From Candidatus Woesearchaeota archaeon (GTDB taxonomy: Archaea; Nanobdellota; Nanobdellia; Woesearchaeales; GW2011-AR9): DNA of 50,557 bases. Below the pieces are notes generated by a model that saw nothing but the letters and a program-made list of their open reading frames with translations, was not told where the DNA came from and did not search any database. Shown here in pieces: positions 8,714 to 18,436 of the stretch (positions are counted from its first letter, which is position 1; every line of letters begins with the position of its first letter). The DNA is taken from the NCBI GenBank assembly GCA_018303265.1, contig JAGVYN010000012.1, positions 1-50,557 of the forward strand. The letters run 5' to 3'. Position numbers and translations under genes: made by a program.

Positions 8714-9538
8714 ATGGCAAAGTATGACAAGGCTAACACAAAAATGACAACTCAAACCAAAGTTGGAATGGAACATGCGGCTTCTGCTAGATCGTTGAAT
8801 CTTCCTATTTCCACAAAACACAGCGTTGAGATTAGCAGGTATTTACGATATAAGAATACACAGTTTGCCAAACAGTTCCTTGAAAAAGTAATCTCCTTGC
8901 AAAAACCAGTCCCTTTCAAAAAGTTCACCACAGACCTAGGCCATAAACCGGGTATAGGTCCTGGTCGTTATCCGCAGAAAGCAGCCAGGGAATTTCTGAA
9001 GCTGGTGAAATCAGTTGAAGCAAATGCGCAGGCAAATGGTTTAGACACCTCCGCACTTAAAATAACGACGTTGATTGCCAACAAAGCATCTATTCCTCTT
9101 ACTGGTGGAAGACATCAGCATGCGAAGAAAAGAACTCATTTAGAGATTGTTGTCGCAGAGGGAAAGCAGAAGCAGAAAGAAACGAAATCAGCGAAGAAAC
9201 AGGCGGTTCTTAAGGATGTTAAGAATGAACGGCTTCCCGCAAAAGAATTGGTACAGGGAGCAGAGAAAACCTTCGAAGGAAAGAACGAAGGGATTGCAGG
9301 ACAAAAGTTAGGGGGAAAAGAAGTTCCCAGATCAGCAGCGAGGGGAGTATCGCCGCAAGCTGAAACAAGACAAGCCCAAAAACCACAAGAGTTATCTTCG
9401 GAAGATTTACTTGAACGAGTGCAGGCTAATGCAGCAGAATTCAATAAAAGAGAGAAAGAGAAAAAAAACACAGAAGATGTATCTAAATTGTATGATCAAT
9501 TAAAGCAAAAAGGAACCTTGCGAGGGGAACAACAATGA
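8714..9538 (+). CDS. rpl22: 50S ribosomal protein uL22 with long charged C-terminal tail
   Basis: The core reads ISTKHSVEISRYLRYKNTQFAKQFLEKVISLQKPVPFKKF...THLEIVVAE. A K/E/Q-rich tail of roughly 120 aa follows. Confidence 0.9.
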   Translation: MAKYDKANTKMTTQTKVGMEHAASARSLNLPISTKHSVEISRYLRYKNTQFAKQFLEKVISLQKPVPFKKFTTDLGHKPGIGPGRYPQKAAREFLKLVKSVEANAQANGLDTSALKITTLIANKASIPLTGGRHQHAKKRTHLEIVVAEGKQKQKETKSAKKQAVLKDVKNERLPAKELVQGAEKTFEGKNEGIAGQKLGGKEVPRSAARGVSPQAETRQAQKPQELSSEDLLERVQANAAEFNKREKEKKNTEDVSKLYDQLKQKGTLRGEQQ

Positions 9539-10428
9539 TTGAACGCGGTTTTATTGCTCAGAAAACAAAAGAATTGTACATCAAGAAATACATCGAAGAA
9601 AAGCTTCGCGGGGTAGAAATATCCCAAATCACTCTTAAAAAGATCCCTTTAGGCGAGAAAATAATTATCCACACAAACCGCCCCAGTCTTATTGTCGGTG
9701 CCAAAGGGTCAAACATTAAAGCTTTGACTAAAACACTTAAAAAAGATTTTAATTTAGAGAATCCTCAGATAGAAATTAATGAAGTAAAAGACATTTTTCT
9801 GGATGCTCATATTGTCGCGCAGCGTATTGCCAGTTCTTTGGAACGGTTTGGTTCTGCTCGATTCAAAGGAGTAGGCCATAAAGTAATGGAAAATGTGTTG
9901 AATTCTGGCGCTCTGGGCATAGAATTGATTATCTCGGGAAAAATTCCTGGAGCAAGGGCGAAAAGCTGGCGTTTTTATCAAGGTTATATAAAGAAATGCG
10001 GCGATATTGCTTTAACAGGTGTTCGGCATGCGCAAACTACTGCCTTACTGAAAAGCGGCATTATCGGCATAAAAGTATCTATTATGCCTCCGGACTTAGT
10101 GTTGCCGGATCATGTTGAAATATTATCTGAACCTATAACAGTTCTGGAAGAAACAACTGAGAAAACTGAAGAAGAGGCAAGTGAAACAACAGTAGCCTCG
10201 ACAAAAAAGAAAAAATCGTCTCGAAAAACAGAAACAGCAGAGAAGAAAGTGGAAAAGAGTAAGCGTAAGAAGAACATGACTGAAGAGAAAAAAGAAGACG
10301 CCGTTGCTCAGGAAAAAGTGGCTGTTCCTGAAATGGAAAATAAAACAGAAGCTGCGAAAGAAGAAGGGAAAGAAGAAAGCGAAGAGCAAGTTCCTTCTTC
10401 ATCACAACAATCAGAAACAGAAGAATAA
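9535..10428 (+). CDS. rps3: 30S ribosomal protein uS3 with K/E-rich C-terminal tail
   Basis: KH-domain segment IIIHTNRPSLIVGAKGSNIKALT and GIELIISGKIPGARAK. The tail runs EETTEKTEEEASE...SETEE. Confidence 0.9.
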   Translation: MIERGFIAQKTKELYIKKYIEEKLRGVEISQITLKKIPLGEKIIIHTNRPSLIVGAKGSNIKALTKTLKKDFNLENPQIEINEVKDIFLDAHIVAQRIASSLERFGSARFKGVGHKVMENVLNSGALGIELIISGKIPGARAKSWRFYQGYIKKCGDIALTGVRHAQTTALLKSGIIGIKVSIMPPDLVLPDHVEILSEPITVLEETTEKTEEEASETTVASTKKKKSSRKTETAEKKVEKSKRKKNMTEEKKEDAVAQEKVAVPEMENKTEAAKEEGKEESEEQVPSSSQQSETEE

Positions 10429-10444
10429 CGAGAACAACTGAAAA

Positions 10445-10648
10445 ATGAAAATAACAAAACAATTACGTTCCTCTTCAGCTGAGGATCTAATGACAAGATT
10501 GGAAGAATTTAAAAAAGAACTCTCTAAACTCAACGTTCAAGTAGCGACTGGTGCCGTTGCTTCCAGTTCAGGAAAATTAAGACAGACAAAAAAAAATATC
10601 GCTCGGGTCTTAACATTGCTTAAAGAGAAGGAGGTTAAGTCGATATAA
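10445..10648 (+). CDS. rpl29: 50S ribosomal protein uL29
   Basis: 67 aa, LRSSSAEDLMTRLEEFKKELSKL. Position after uS3. Confidence 0.85.
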   Translation: MKITKQLRSSSAEDLMTRLEEFKKELSKLNVQVATGAVASSSGKLRQTKKNIARVLTLLKEKEVKSI

Positions 10649-10650
10649 CG

Positions 10651-10956
10651 ATGGTTGGCGTGTGTAATCAATGTGGTTTACCTCAAGATTTGTGCGTCTG
10701 TGAAACTATCGCCCGTGAGCAGCAAAAAATTACCGTGAAATCAGAGAAAAGAAAATTTGGAAAAATGTACACTATCGTCAGCGGCTTCAAGAAGGAAGTT
10801 AATATTAATGATATTGTTAAAAAACTGAAAAACAAATTCGCCTGCGGCGGAACGGTCAAAGGAAAGCAAATTGAATTGCAGGGCAATCACAAATCAAAGA
10901 TGAAAAGTGCCTTGACTGATCTTGGTTTCCCGGAAGAGACCATTGATGTAGGATAG
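10651..10956 (+). CDS. sui1: translation initiation factor aIF1 / SUI1
   Basis: N-terminal zinc knuckle CNQCGLPQDLCVC and the SUI1 core FACGGTVKGKQIELQGNHKSKM. Typical archaeal location after uL29. Confidence 0.85.
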   Translation: MVGVCNQCGLPQDLCVCETIAREQQKITVKSEKRKFGKMYTIVSGFKKEVNINDIVKKLKNKFACGGTVKGKQIELQGNHKSKMKSALTDLGFPEETIDVG

Positions 10957-11035
10957 AGAAAAGAGATGGGATGGAGAAAATGTCGGCAATGGCCGCATTT
11001 CATCAAAACAGTCCTGTTTTGGTTAGGAAAGATAC

Positions 11036-11290
11036 ATGGGAAAGAAAAAAATATTCCCTCACGAGCTCATCGGAGAGGAAATACGTGTTGTCAATTCCAC
11101 GAATAAAAGCCATCTGGGCATGGTGGGAAAAGTGGTTGATGAAACAAAGTCAACCCTTAGAATTGATCAGGACGGAGACACAAAAGTCCTCCTGAAGGAC
11201 AATATCACGTTCAAAATCACAAGGACCGGCGAGATCCTTGCTGGCAAAGATCTCCTCAGACGACCTGAGGACAGGATGAAAGGAAAATGA
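11036..11290 (+). CDS. rnp1: RNase P protein component 1 (Rpp29 homolog)
   Basis: ELIGEEIRVVNSTNKSHLGMVGKVVDETKSTLRI...RRPEDR. Conserved position between aIF1/uL29 and uS17. Confidence 0.8.
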   Translation: MGKKKIFPHELIGEEIRVVNSTNKSHLGMVGKVVDETKSTLRIDQDGDTKVLLKDNITFKITRTGEILAGKDLLRRPEDRMKGK

Positions 11291-11724
11291 CATCAGAACA
11301 AGAACATAAAGTAAAAAAGGAAATTTTAGGATTTCCCGCCCCGGCGCGGGCTTTTGATAGTAAATACTATGACAAGAATTGTCCATTCACTGGCGGCCTT
11401 ACCGTTAAAAAAGAATTGTTGAAAGGCAAAGTCATTCGACGCGACATCAATAAATCTGCAACTATCGAATGGCATCGTCCTTACTATATCCCTAAATACG
11501 AACGGTATGAAATGCGGCGCTCACGTCTCCGTGTCCATAATCCTCCGGCACTTGATGCTCAGGTGGGACAAACAGTCGTCGTTGCTCGAACTAGGCCATT
11601 GAGCAAAACAAAAAATTACGTGATTATTCATGTTGTTGAGGAAGCAGCAACCACGGAGGCAACTAAAACCTCCCCTGCTTCATCTGAAAAAAATAATCCC
11701 AAAAAGAAAGAAACAAGAGCGTAA
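11287..11724 (+). CDS. rps17: 30S ribosomal protein uS17
   Basis: GKVIRRDINKSATIEWHRPYYIPKYERYEMRRSRLRVHNP. 4-nt overlap with the preceding gene. Confidence 0.9.
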   Translation: MTSEQEHKVKKEILGFPAPARAFDSKYYDKNCPFTGGLTVKKELLKGKVIRRDINKSATIEWHRPYYIPKYERYEMRRSRLRVHNPPALDAQVGQTVVVARTRPLSKTKNYVIIHVVEEAATTEATKTSPASSEKNNPKKKETRA

Positions 11725-11733
11725 AAAAAGAAA

Positions 11734-12135
11734 ATGAAAGCATTAAAAAGTAGAATTACCCGATCCTTGCCCACTGAGGCCTTTGTTGCTACATGCGATA
11801 ATTCCGGCGCTAAAGTCCTGAAGATCTTTTCCGTGAAGGGACATAAAACCGTGCGAGGACGTATTCCGGCAGCAGGCATTGGAGATATGGTTCTGGCTTC
11901 CGTTAAGAAAGGAAAACTAGAATTGCGTAAGACCGTCGTATTGGCAGTTATTGTACGTCAAAGAAAAGAATACCGCCGAGCTGATGGAATGAGAGTTAAA
12001 TTCGAAGACAATGCCGCTGTTGTCTTAAAAGATGAAAAAGGAAATCCCAAAGGGACGATATTTAAAGGCCCCATCGCCAAAGAAGTTGCCGAACGCTGGC
12101 CGGCAGTAGCGAAAGTCGCGCATATGGTAGTGTAG
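11734..12135 (+). CDS. rpl14: 50S ribosomal protein uL14
   Basis: ATCDNSGAKVLKIFSVKG and GPIAKEVAERWPAVAKVA. Confidence 0.95.
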   Translation: MKALKSRITRSLPTEAFVATCDNSGAKVLKIFSVKGHKTVRGRIPAAGIGDMVLASVKKGKLELRKTVVLAVIVRQRKEYRRADGMRVKFEDNAAVVLKDEKGNPKGTIFKGPIAKEVAERWPAVAKVAHMVV

Positions 12136-12144
12136 GATCAAATA

Positions 12145-12606
12145 ATGGCAAAAAATACATTTTCAACAACATGGAACAGAAGCATCCAACCACGCAAACA
12201 ACGTAAATACAGGTACAACGCTCCATTGCATGTTCAGAAAAATATGATGCATGTTCATCTTGCTTCCCCATTACGTGAGAAGTATGGTCTTCGCAGAATC
12301 CAGGCAAGAAAAGGAGACAAAGTAAGGGTTGTTCGCGGCCAGTTTAAGAAAAAAGAAGGGGCAATCGAACGTGTTAACATCAAGCGGCAGAAAGTGTTTG
12401 TTTCCGGTATTGGTTTTATAAAAAAAGATGGAACCAAATCGGCAGCGCCCATTAACCCTTCCAATTTATTGGTCCTGGAAGCCGATCTTAGCGATAAAAA
12501 ACGCAACAAAATTATTGAACGCGTGAAATCCAACAAATTAAACAAATCCAAAGCATCAACTCCTCAAAATCCAAAAATACAACAGAAAGAGAAAAGTCAA
12601 AAATGA
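12145..12606 (+). CDS. rpl24: 50S ribosomal protein uL24
   Basis: KOW motif KGDKVRVVRGQFKKKEGAIERV, plus operon position. Confidence 0.9.
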   Translation: MAKNTFSTTWNRSIQPRKQRKYRYNAPLHVQKNMMHVHLASPLREKYGLRRIQARKGDKVRVVRGQFKKKEGAIERVNIKRQKVFVSGIGFIKKDGTKSAAPINPSNLLVLEADLSDKKRNKIIERVKSNKLNKSKASTPQNPKIQQKEKSQK

Positions 12607-13292
12607 AAAATCACTTAAAACGAATTGCCGCACCACGGACGTGGGTGCTGAATAGAAAACAGAACACCTTTATCGTTAGACCCAACGCAGGAGGTCATCC
12701 TTTAAGCTATGGTCTGCCTTTAGGTCTTGTTGTTCGTGATATTCTGCAATTGGCAACAACAATGAGTGAGACAAAAAAGCTTCTCCACAATAAAACTATT
12801 CTTGTTGATGGAAGACAGCGGAAGGATCCTCGTTTTATTGTCGGCTTGTTTGATGTTCTTTCCCTTCCTGATATTCACAAACAATATCGAATTACGCTTG
12901 ATAAAAAAGGAAAGCTTTGTCTTATTGAAATCACGAAAGAAGAAAGTATCTTTAAATTGGGCAAAGTAGTTGGTAAAACGATGATTTCCAAAGGTAAAAC
13001 ACAGTTACATTTTCATGATGGGAAGAATCTCCTTGTTGAGAAAACAGCAAAAGTGGGTGATACTCTCGTGTTGAGTTTACCTGACTTGCAAGTTAAAGAA
13101 ATCATGCCTCTCAAAGAAGGTTCAGCTGTCTTTTTAATAAAAGGGAAGCATAGCGGGGATGTAGGAACATTAAAAGAAATTAAAGGGAAACAAGCGGTTT
13201 ACACCGTTGGAAATGCCTCTATTGAAACAGCGACGGACTACTTGTTCATTATCGGCAAAGATAAACCATTTATGAAAGTAGAAAAAATATGA
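12603..13292 (+). CDS. rps4e: 30S ribosomal protein eS4
   Basis: MKNHLKRIAAPRTWVLNRKQNTFIVRPNAGGHPL. Archaea/eukaryote-specific protein. Confidence 0.95.
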   Translation: MKNHLKRIAAPRTWVLNRKQNTFIVRPNAGGHPLSYGLPLGLVVRDILQLATTMSETKKLLHNKTILVDGRQRKDPRFIVGLFDVLSLPDIHKQYRITLDKKGKLCLIEITKEESIFKLGKVVGKTMISKGKTQLHFHDGKNLLVEKTAKVGDTLVLSLPDLQVKEIMPLKEGSAVFLIKGKHSGDVGTLKEIKGKQAVYTVGNASIETATDYLFIIGKDKPFMKVEKI

Positions 13293-13816
13293 ACATGGCA
13301 AAAGCACAAAAAGATAATCCTATGAAAAGCATTCGCATTGCAAAAGTCACACTTAATATAGGTGCGGGAAAAGATGAAGATCTGCTTAAAAAAGGTCTTA
13401 AGCTGTTGCGAAAGCTTTCTCCGCTCACTCCCGTGAAAACTGTTGCAAAAAAAAGAATTCCAGCCTGGGGATTACGTCCTGGATTAGCCATAGGCTGTAA
13501 AGTCACTATCAGAAAAAACACAGATCTTTTACTAAAACAACTTATGGCAGCGAAAGAAAACACCTTATCTGAGAATAACTTTGATGAAAACGGCAATTTT
13601 TCATTTGGTGTTCCTGAATATATTGATATTGCTGGCTTGGAATATGATCCGGAATTAAAAATTATGGGTTTGGAAGTAGCGGTGACTTTGGAACGGTCAG
13701 GATACAGGATCAAAAACAGGAAAATAAAACCCTGTAAAATTGGCCAAGCGCACGTTATTACCAAAGAAGAAGCAATTACCTTTGTTCAACAAAATTTGAA
13801 AGTGGAGGTCCACTAA
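13289..13816 (+). CDS. rpl5: 50S ribosomal protein uL5
   Basis: [18 protein letters not shown] and [28 protein letters not shown]. Confidence 0.95.
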   Translation: MNMAKAQKDNPMKSIRIAKVTLNIGAGKDEDLLKKGLKLLRKLSPLTPVKTVAKKRIPAWGLRPGLAIGCKVTIRKNTDLLLKQLMAAKENTLSENNFDENGNFSFGVPEYIDIAGLEYDPELKIMGLEVAVTLERSGYRIKNRKIKPCKIGQAHVITKEEAITFVQQNLKVEVH

Positions 13817-13838
13817 TCTAAGTGAGCAATTTCGTAAA

Positions 13839-14069
13839 ATGACAACAAGCGACTGGAAAAAGATGTTTACGCAATTGGACGCGAAACCGATTAAAAAAGC
13901 AAAATATATCAAATTCAACTCCCCTGAGAAAAGATCTTGTGGCATTGCGTTGCGCAAATGTAAAAATTGCGGTCGCATGCGCGGCCATATTAACAAATAC
14001 GGTCTCCATATATGTCGTCAATGTTTTAGGGAGATGGCGACGGGGTTGGGATTTAAGAAATTTAGCTAG
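13839..14069 (+). CDS. rps14: 30S ribosomal protein uS14 (zinc-binding type)
   Basis: [25 protein letters not shown]. The start could instead be the internal Met at 13863. Confidence 0.85.
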   Translation: MTTSDWKKMFTQLDAKPIKKAKYIKFNSPEKRSCGIALRKCKNCGRMRGHINKYGLHICRQCFREMATGLGFKKFS

Positions 14070-14080
14070 GTGAATTAAAA

Positions 14081-14470
14081 ATGTTAAATGATCCATTGGC
14101 AGCTGCCTTAACAAAAATCTTGAACGCGGAACGCGTTGGAAAACGCGAAGTAGTGATTAAACCGGCTTCCAATACTCTCAAGAAAATACTTTCAATTATG
14201 AATGAACACCAATTCATCGGCTCTTTTGAAGAAATTGACGCTCGGCAAGGCGGTTTCTTGAAAGTCCATTTGTTGGGAAGTATAAATCGCTGTGGGGTTA
14301 TTAAGCCTCGCTTTTCCACAAAGATGAAAGAATTTGAAAAGTGGGAAAAGCGGTATTTGCCAGCAAGAGATTTCGGGATTATCTTAATCTCGACACCACA
14401 AGGCATTATGACTCACTCTCAGGCAAAAAATATCAATATTGGAGGAAAACTTATCGCGTACTGTTATTAA
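14081..14470 (+). CDS. rps8: 30S ribosomal protein uS8
   Basis: MLNDPLAAALTKILNAERVGKREV and the C-terminal GGKLIAYCY. Confidence 0.95.
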   Translation: MLNDPLAAALTKILNAERVGKREVVIKPASNTLKKILSIMNEHQFIGSFEEIDARQGGFLKVHLLGSINRCGVIKPRFSTKMKEFEKWEKRYLPARDFGIILISTPQGIMTHSQAKNINIGGKLIAYCY

Positions 14471-14548
14471 ACCGGCTCGCTATAAATATCAATCACCATA
14501 CGCTCAACAATCAATATCAATTTAATGTAGGCTATAAACTAACTAACA

Positions 14549-15091
14549 ATGAAAGCAGATTTACATTTGGAAATTGAACTTACTGGCGGCGTAACAGCTA
14601 CAAAGAACGGTTTCATGTTAGTTATTAAAGGACAGAAAGGCGAAACAAAGAGAGAATATACACATCCTCATATCTCTTTTGAGGTGAAAGGAAATAAAAT
14701 AATTTTAGCTGCCGTAAAAGCAACCAAACGAGAAAAAAAAATCATGAATTCATTTGAAGCTCATATTAAAAATATGATTAAAGGTGTGCAGGAACCGCAT
14801 ATTTACAAACTTAGAATCTGTTCAGGACACTTCCCCATGAACGTCAGTATTTCCGGACAGGAATTAATTATTAAAAACTTCCTGGGAGAATCTGTTCCTC
14901 GCAAAGTCACGATACTTCCCGGTGCTGATGTGAAAGTGAACGGTACTGAAATAATTGTGAGTGGTTCCGATAAAGAAGTAGCGGGCCAAACTGCCGCTCG
15001 GATAGAAAATCTTTGCCGGATCACGAATCGTGATCGCAGGATTTTCCAGGATGGATGTTATATTATTGAAAAAGCAGGCAAGAGTATCTAG
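14549..15091 (+). CDS. rpl6: 50S ribosomal protein uL6
   Basis: Position after uS8. Two-repeat uL6 architecture, with GHFPMNVSISGQELIIKNFLGE. Confidence 0.9.
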   Translation: MKADLHLEIELTGGVTATKNGFMLVIKGQKGETKREYTHPHISFEVKGNKIILAAVKATKREKKIMNSFEAHIKNMIKGVQEPHIYKLRICSGHFPMNVSISGQELIIKNFLGESVPRKVTILPGADVKVNGTEIIVSGSDKEVAGQTAARIENLCRITNRDRRIFQDGCYIIEKAGKSI

Positions 15092-15094
15092 AAT

Positions 15095-15706
15095 ATGAAA
15101 TCAGAAGCCCTTCAGAAAAGAAAGAAAAAACCAGATTTTGTGGTAAAAGAATCAAAATTTGTAGCGAGAGTTAAGAAACGCTGGCGATTTCCTCGCGGCA
15201 TGCATTCTGCCGTACGACAGTATAATAGGGGAAGACCAGCATTGCCTACTCCCGGCTACGGCTCGCCTCGAAAAGTATACGGTCTTGATCCATCCGGTCT
15301 ACGGCCTGTTCTTGTTTTTACAGAAGAACAGCTGCTATCCCTCACTCCGAAAGAAGGTGCTGTCATCCCTTCAACTGTTGGCAATAAAAAAAAGGTTTCG
15401 CTTCTGACAAAAGCCCAGGAGAAGAAAATACGCGTCTTGAATGTGAAAGATGTTGCGGCGTCCTTGGAAAAAATCAATAAAGCGTTTGAAGAACGGAAAA
15501 GAGTGAAACGTGAAAAAAAGAAAGTAAAGGAAACAAAAGAAGAAGAGAAGAAAAAGAAAGCGAAAGAAAAAGCGAAAGAAGAAACGACAGCTGCGGCAAA
15601 GAAAAGTGAAGAGAAGAGCGGAGAAGAAATAAGCAAGGATGAACAACAGATGAAGAAAGAAGAACAGCAGAAAGAAGCTGAAAAAACAATAATCAAAAAG
15701 CAATAA
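15095..15706 (+). CDS. rpl32e: 50S ribosomal protein eL32 with K/E-rich C-terminal tail
   Basis: FPRGMHSAVRQYNRGRPALPTPGYGSPRKVYGLDPSGL. The tail runs KREKKKVKETKEEEKKKKAKEKAKEE... Confidence 0.9.
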   Translation: MKSEALQKRKKKPDFVVKESKFVARVKKRWRFPRGMHSAVRQYNRGRPALPTPGYGSPRKVYGLDPSGLRPVLVFTEEQLLSLTPKEGAVIPSTVGNKKKVSLLTKAQEKKIRVLNVKDVAASLEKINKAFEERKRVKREKKKVKETKEEEKKKKAKEKAKEETTAAAKKSEEKSGEEISKDEQQMKKEEQQKEAEKTIIKKQ

Positions 15707-15764
15707 CCAAAATAACAATAATCAAAAAGCAATAACCAAAATAACAACAATCAAAAAGCAATAA
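15685..15764. repeat. 29-bp tandem repeat, about 2.7 copies, spanning the eL32 stop codon
   Basis: The unit AATCAAAAAGCAATAACCAAAATAACAAT starts at 15691, 15720 and 15749 (the last copy partial). Copies 1 and 2 differ by one base. Confidence 0.8.
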
Positions 15765-15792
15765 AAAACAGCAGTAAAAAAAAGAATTTACC

Positions 15793-16266
15793 ATGAAACA
15801 AAAGAAAAAATTAGCAGCCAAGATCCTGAAAACATCGTATAAGAAAATCAAATTTAATACTGATGCTCTTGACGACATCAAAAAGGCTATTACAAGATCA
15901 GATCTACGAGGGTTAATTGCAGTAGGTAAAATTACAAGGAGTAATAAAAACAGCCAATCTCATGTTCGTGCGCGAAAGATGGCGGCGCAGAAGAGAAAAG
16001 GTCGACGTAAGAATAAGGGCAGTAAAAAAGGAAGCAAACACGCCACCGTAAGCAGGAAAGAAACATGGATGTCGCGAATTCGGACCCAGCGAGCATTTCT
16101 TCACGAGTTGCGTGATAAAAGTTTGCTCTCCAGAGAAAATTACAAAGGGCTTTATCTCAAATGTAAAGGCGGTTATTTTCGGAATAAACGTCATATTAAG
16201 ATGTATATCACCGAGCACCACTTAGTTGAGAAACAGAATGCCGATAAAAATGAGAAGGAGAAATAA
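15793..16266 (+). CDS. rpl19e: 50S ribosomal protein eL19
   Basis: KKLAAKILKTSYKKIKFN and RKGRRKNKGSKKG, plus operon position. Confidence 0.9.
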   Translation: MKQKKKLAAKILKTSYKKIKFNTDALDDIKKAITRSDLRGLIAVGKITRSNKNSQSHVRARKMAAQKRKGRRKNKGSKKGSKHATVSRKETWMSRIRTQRAFLHELRDKSLLSRENYKGLYLKCKGGYFRNKRHIKMYITEHHLVEKQNADKNEKEK

Positions 16267-16385
16267 GATAAATAAATGAGAGATAAAAAGATATATACCA
16301 ATACCATCTCAAACTACATACAAATAAAGATCAAAACAGAAATAAAGTCAAAAAACATACTGTCTAAAAACAAAGGATAAAAACA

Positions 16386-16964
16386 ATGGTGCAGAAAAAA
16401 CCTAAAAAAGTATTGTACCGCAGAAAACGTGGGAATCATACCGATTACGCAAAGCGTCTGAAATTGCTTATTTCTGGTAAACCGCGTGTTGTGGTGCGCT
16501 TTACCAATCAGCGGATAATCGCTCAGCTGGCGCATTTTACTGTTGGTGGGGACAAGGTTGATTTAACCGTAGATTCTTCTCTCTTACGTAAGTTAGGATG
16601 GTCTTATTCATATAAGAATATTCCTGCAGCGTATCTCACTGGTTTGCTCTTTGGCAAGAAAGTATTGGAAAAAAAACAATCAGAAGCAATTCTTGATACT
16701 GGATTTAAGACTCCTTTAAAGCAAGGAAAAGTCTTTGCTTTTTTGAAAGGTGTTCTTGATGCAGGAGTAGAGATCCCGCATAAAGAAGAAATCTTTCCTT
16801 CTGAAGAGCGCCTGAGCGGTAAACATATCCAAGATTACGCACAATCTTGCAAGAATAAAGCGGGCTTGTATGAAACAAGATTTGCGCAATATTTAAAAAA
16901 TAAATCTTTGCCTGAGGATATAACAAAGCAATTTACTAAAGTTAAACAAAATATCATTAAATAA
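16386..16964 (+). CDS. rpl18: 50S ribosomal protein uL18
   Basis: YRRKRGNHTDYAKRLKLLISGKPRVVVRFTNQRIIAQL. Confidence 0.9.
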   Translation: MVQKKPKKVLYRRKRGNHTDYAKRLKLLISGKPRVVVRFTNQRIIAQLAHFTVGGDKVDLTVDSSLLRKLGWSYSYKNIPAAYLTGLLFGKKVLEKKQSEAILDTGFKTPLKQGKVFAFLKGVLDAGVEIPHKEEIFPSEERLSGKHIQDYAQSCKNKAGLYETRFAQYLKNKSLPEDITKQFTKVKQNIIK

Positions 16965-17031
16965 AACATAATTAAATAAAACTAAAGAGATATAAAGAGA
17001 TATTTAAATAAAACTAAAGGGATATTTCAAA

Positions 17032-17847
17032 ATGGTTCAAGAAACGGGAGATAAAAAGGAAATAGTCGTTATGAAAGAAGTTCCATTGAAGGAAGTAGAC
17101 TGGAAACCAGTGACTGCTCTGGGAAAACTTGTCAAAGAAGGAAAGATATCTAGCATAGAAGAGGTTTTTGCTTTGGGACATCTAATCCTAGAACCAAAAA
17201 TTGTTGATATTCTTCTTCCTAATCTGCAAGAAGATTTGCTTCTTATTGGTCAAGCTAAGGGTAAGTTTGGAGGAGGAAAACGCCGAATCTTCCGTCAGAC
17301 GCAGAAAAAAACATCTGAAGGAAATAAAATGAAGTTCACAACCTGTGCGGTGGTTGGAAATCGCGATGGGTATGTCGGAGTTGCTGTTGGAAAAAGCAAG
17401 GAAACAGTTCCATCGAGAGATAAAGCAAAACAAAAGGCCCGTCTTAATTTGATACGTGTTCGACGTGGCTGTGGAAGTTGGGAGTCAGATGCAGCAGAAC
17501 CTAATTCTATTCCTTTTGCAGTAGAAGGAAGATGCGGTTCTGTACGTATTACGTTAATGCCCGCTCCCCGCGGTAAAGGGTTGTGTGTTGAAAAAGAATG
17601 CGCTAAAATATTGGAATTAGCTGGAATCAAAGATATTTGGAGCAAAACAAAAGGACAGACCAAAACGAAATTAAATCTCATTTATGCTTTAGTTGATGCG
17701 CTCAAAAAATTATCCGAAGTAAAAGTAAAACCTGTAGATATCACCAAGTTATGTATAATTGAAGGGAAGCTTAAATCAGAAGAAATCATTCCTGATTCTG
17801 TTTCTACGAAGACGAGTGTGCAGCAACAGGAAGCAATAGAGGCATAA
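17032..17847 (+). CDS. rps5: 30S ribosomal protein uS5
   Basis: FTTCAVVGNRDGYVGVAVGKSKETVPSRDKA and RITLMPAPRGKGL. Confidence 0.9.
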   Translation: MVQETGDKKEIVVMKEVPLKEVDWKPVTALGKLVKEGKISSIEEVFALGHLILEPKIVDILLPNLQEDLLLIGQAKGKFGGGKRRIFRQTQKKTSEGNKMKFTTCAVVGNRDGYVGVAVGKSKETVPSRDKAKQKARLNLIRVRRGCGSWESDAAEPNSIPFAVEGRCGSVRITLMPAPRGKGLCVEKECAKILELAGIKDIWSKTKGQTKTKLNLIYALVDALKKLSEVKVKPVDITKLCIIEGKLKSEEIIPDSVSTKTSVQQQEAIEA

Positions 17848-18401
17848 TGGCAGAAAAAGGTACAATGGCAGAAAAAAAAGAAATTGCAGGAGGGTTCCCA
17901 GGTTCTTCAAAAGGCACCTCTAGTCCAGCTCCCTCTAGTTCAGCGTCATCCAATCCATCCAAAGAGAGGACTGCTCCGGGAAAAATTGCCGTTGTTCTCG
18001 TTCGCGGTCTTGCCGATGTTACCACGTCCATAAAAGATACACTTTTGCTCCTTCGATTAACACGGAAAAACAAATGTATTGTTGTTGCTGACACGAAAGT
18101 AGCACGAGGCATGCTAAAGAAAGTTAAAGATTATGTTACTTGGGGCACGATTTCTGAAGAAACATTCAATGAACTTCTCTTGAAGAGGGGCCAAGAATAT
18201 AAAGGACCTCTGACTGACAGAAAAGAGAAGTATTCTTATAAAACTCTTGATATACGAGGTAAGAGGTATAAACCTTATTTTACTCTAAACCCGCCGCGTA
18301 AAGGGTTTGGACGGAAAGGCATAAAAATCCCTTTTCATGTAGGTGGTGCATTGGGCGATAGAAAAGAAAAAATGAATGATCTAATTATAAGAATGCTGTA
18401 A
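17847..18401 (+). CDS. rpl30: 50S ribosomal protein uL30 with S/P-rich N-terminal extension
   Basis: IAVVLVRGLADVTTSIKDTLLLLRLTRKNKCIVV. About 45 aa of low-complexity sequence (SSKGTSSPAPSSSASSNPS) precede it. Confidence 0.85.
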   Translation: MAEKGTMAEKKEIAGGFPGSSKGTSSPAPSSSASSNPSKERTAPGKIAVVLVRGLADVTTSIKDTLLLLRLTRKNKCIVVADTKVARGMLKKVKDYVTWGTISEETFNELLLKRGQEYKGPLTDRKEKYSYKTLDIRGKRYKPYFTLNPPRKGFGRKGIKIPFHVGGALGDRKEKMNDLIIRML

Positions 18402-18436
18402 AATAAGAAGCTGCAAAATAAGAATGATGCTATAAA

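Noticed and set aside
6524-18112. Many long minus-strand ORFs inside the ribosomal-protein cluster (for example 6733..7365, 8615..8821, 9136..9471, 10123..10496, 13270..13764, 13697..14406, 15256..15881, 17295..17681, 17804..18112).
   Set aside because: All are antisense to strongly supported, conserved plus-strand ribosomal genes. Their translations are low-complexity (F/L/S-rich mirror images of K/E-rich tails). None has independent start or promoter signals.
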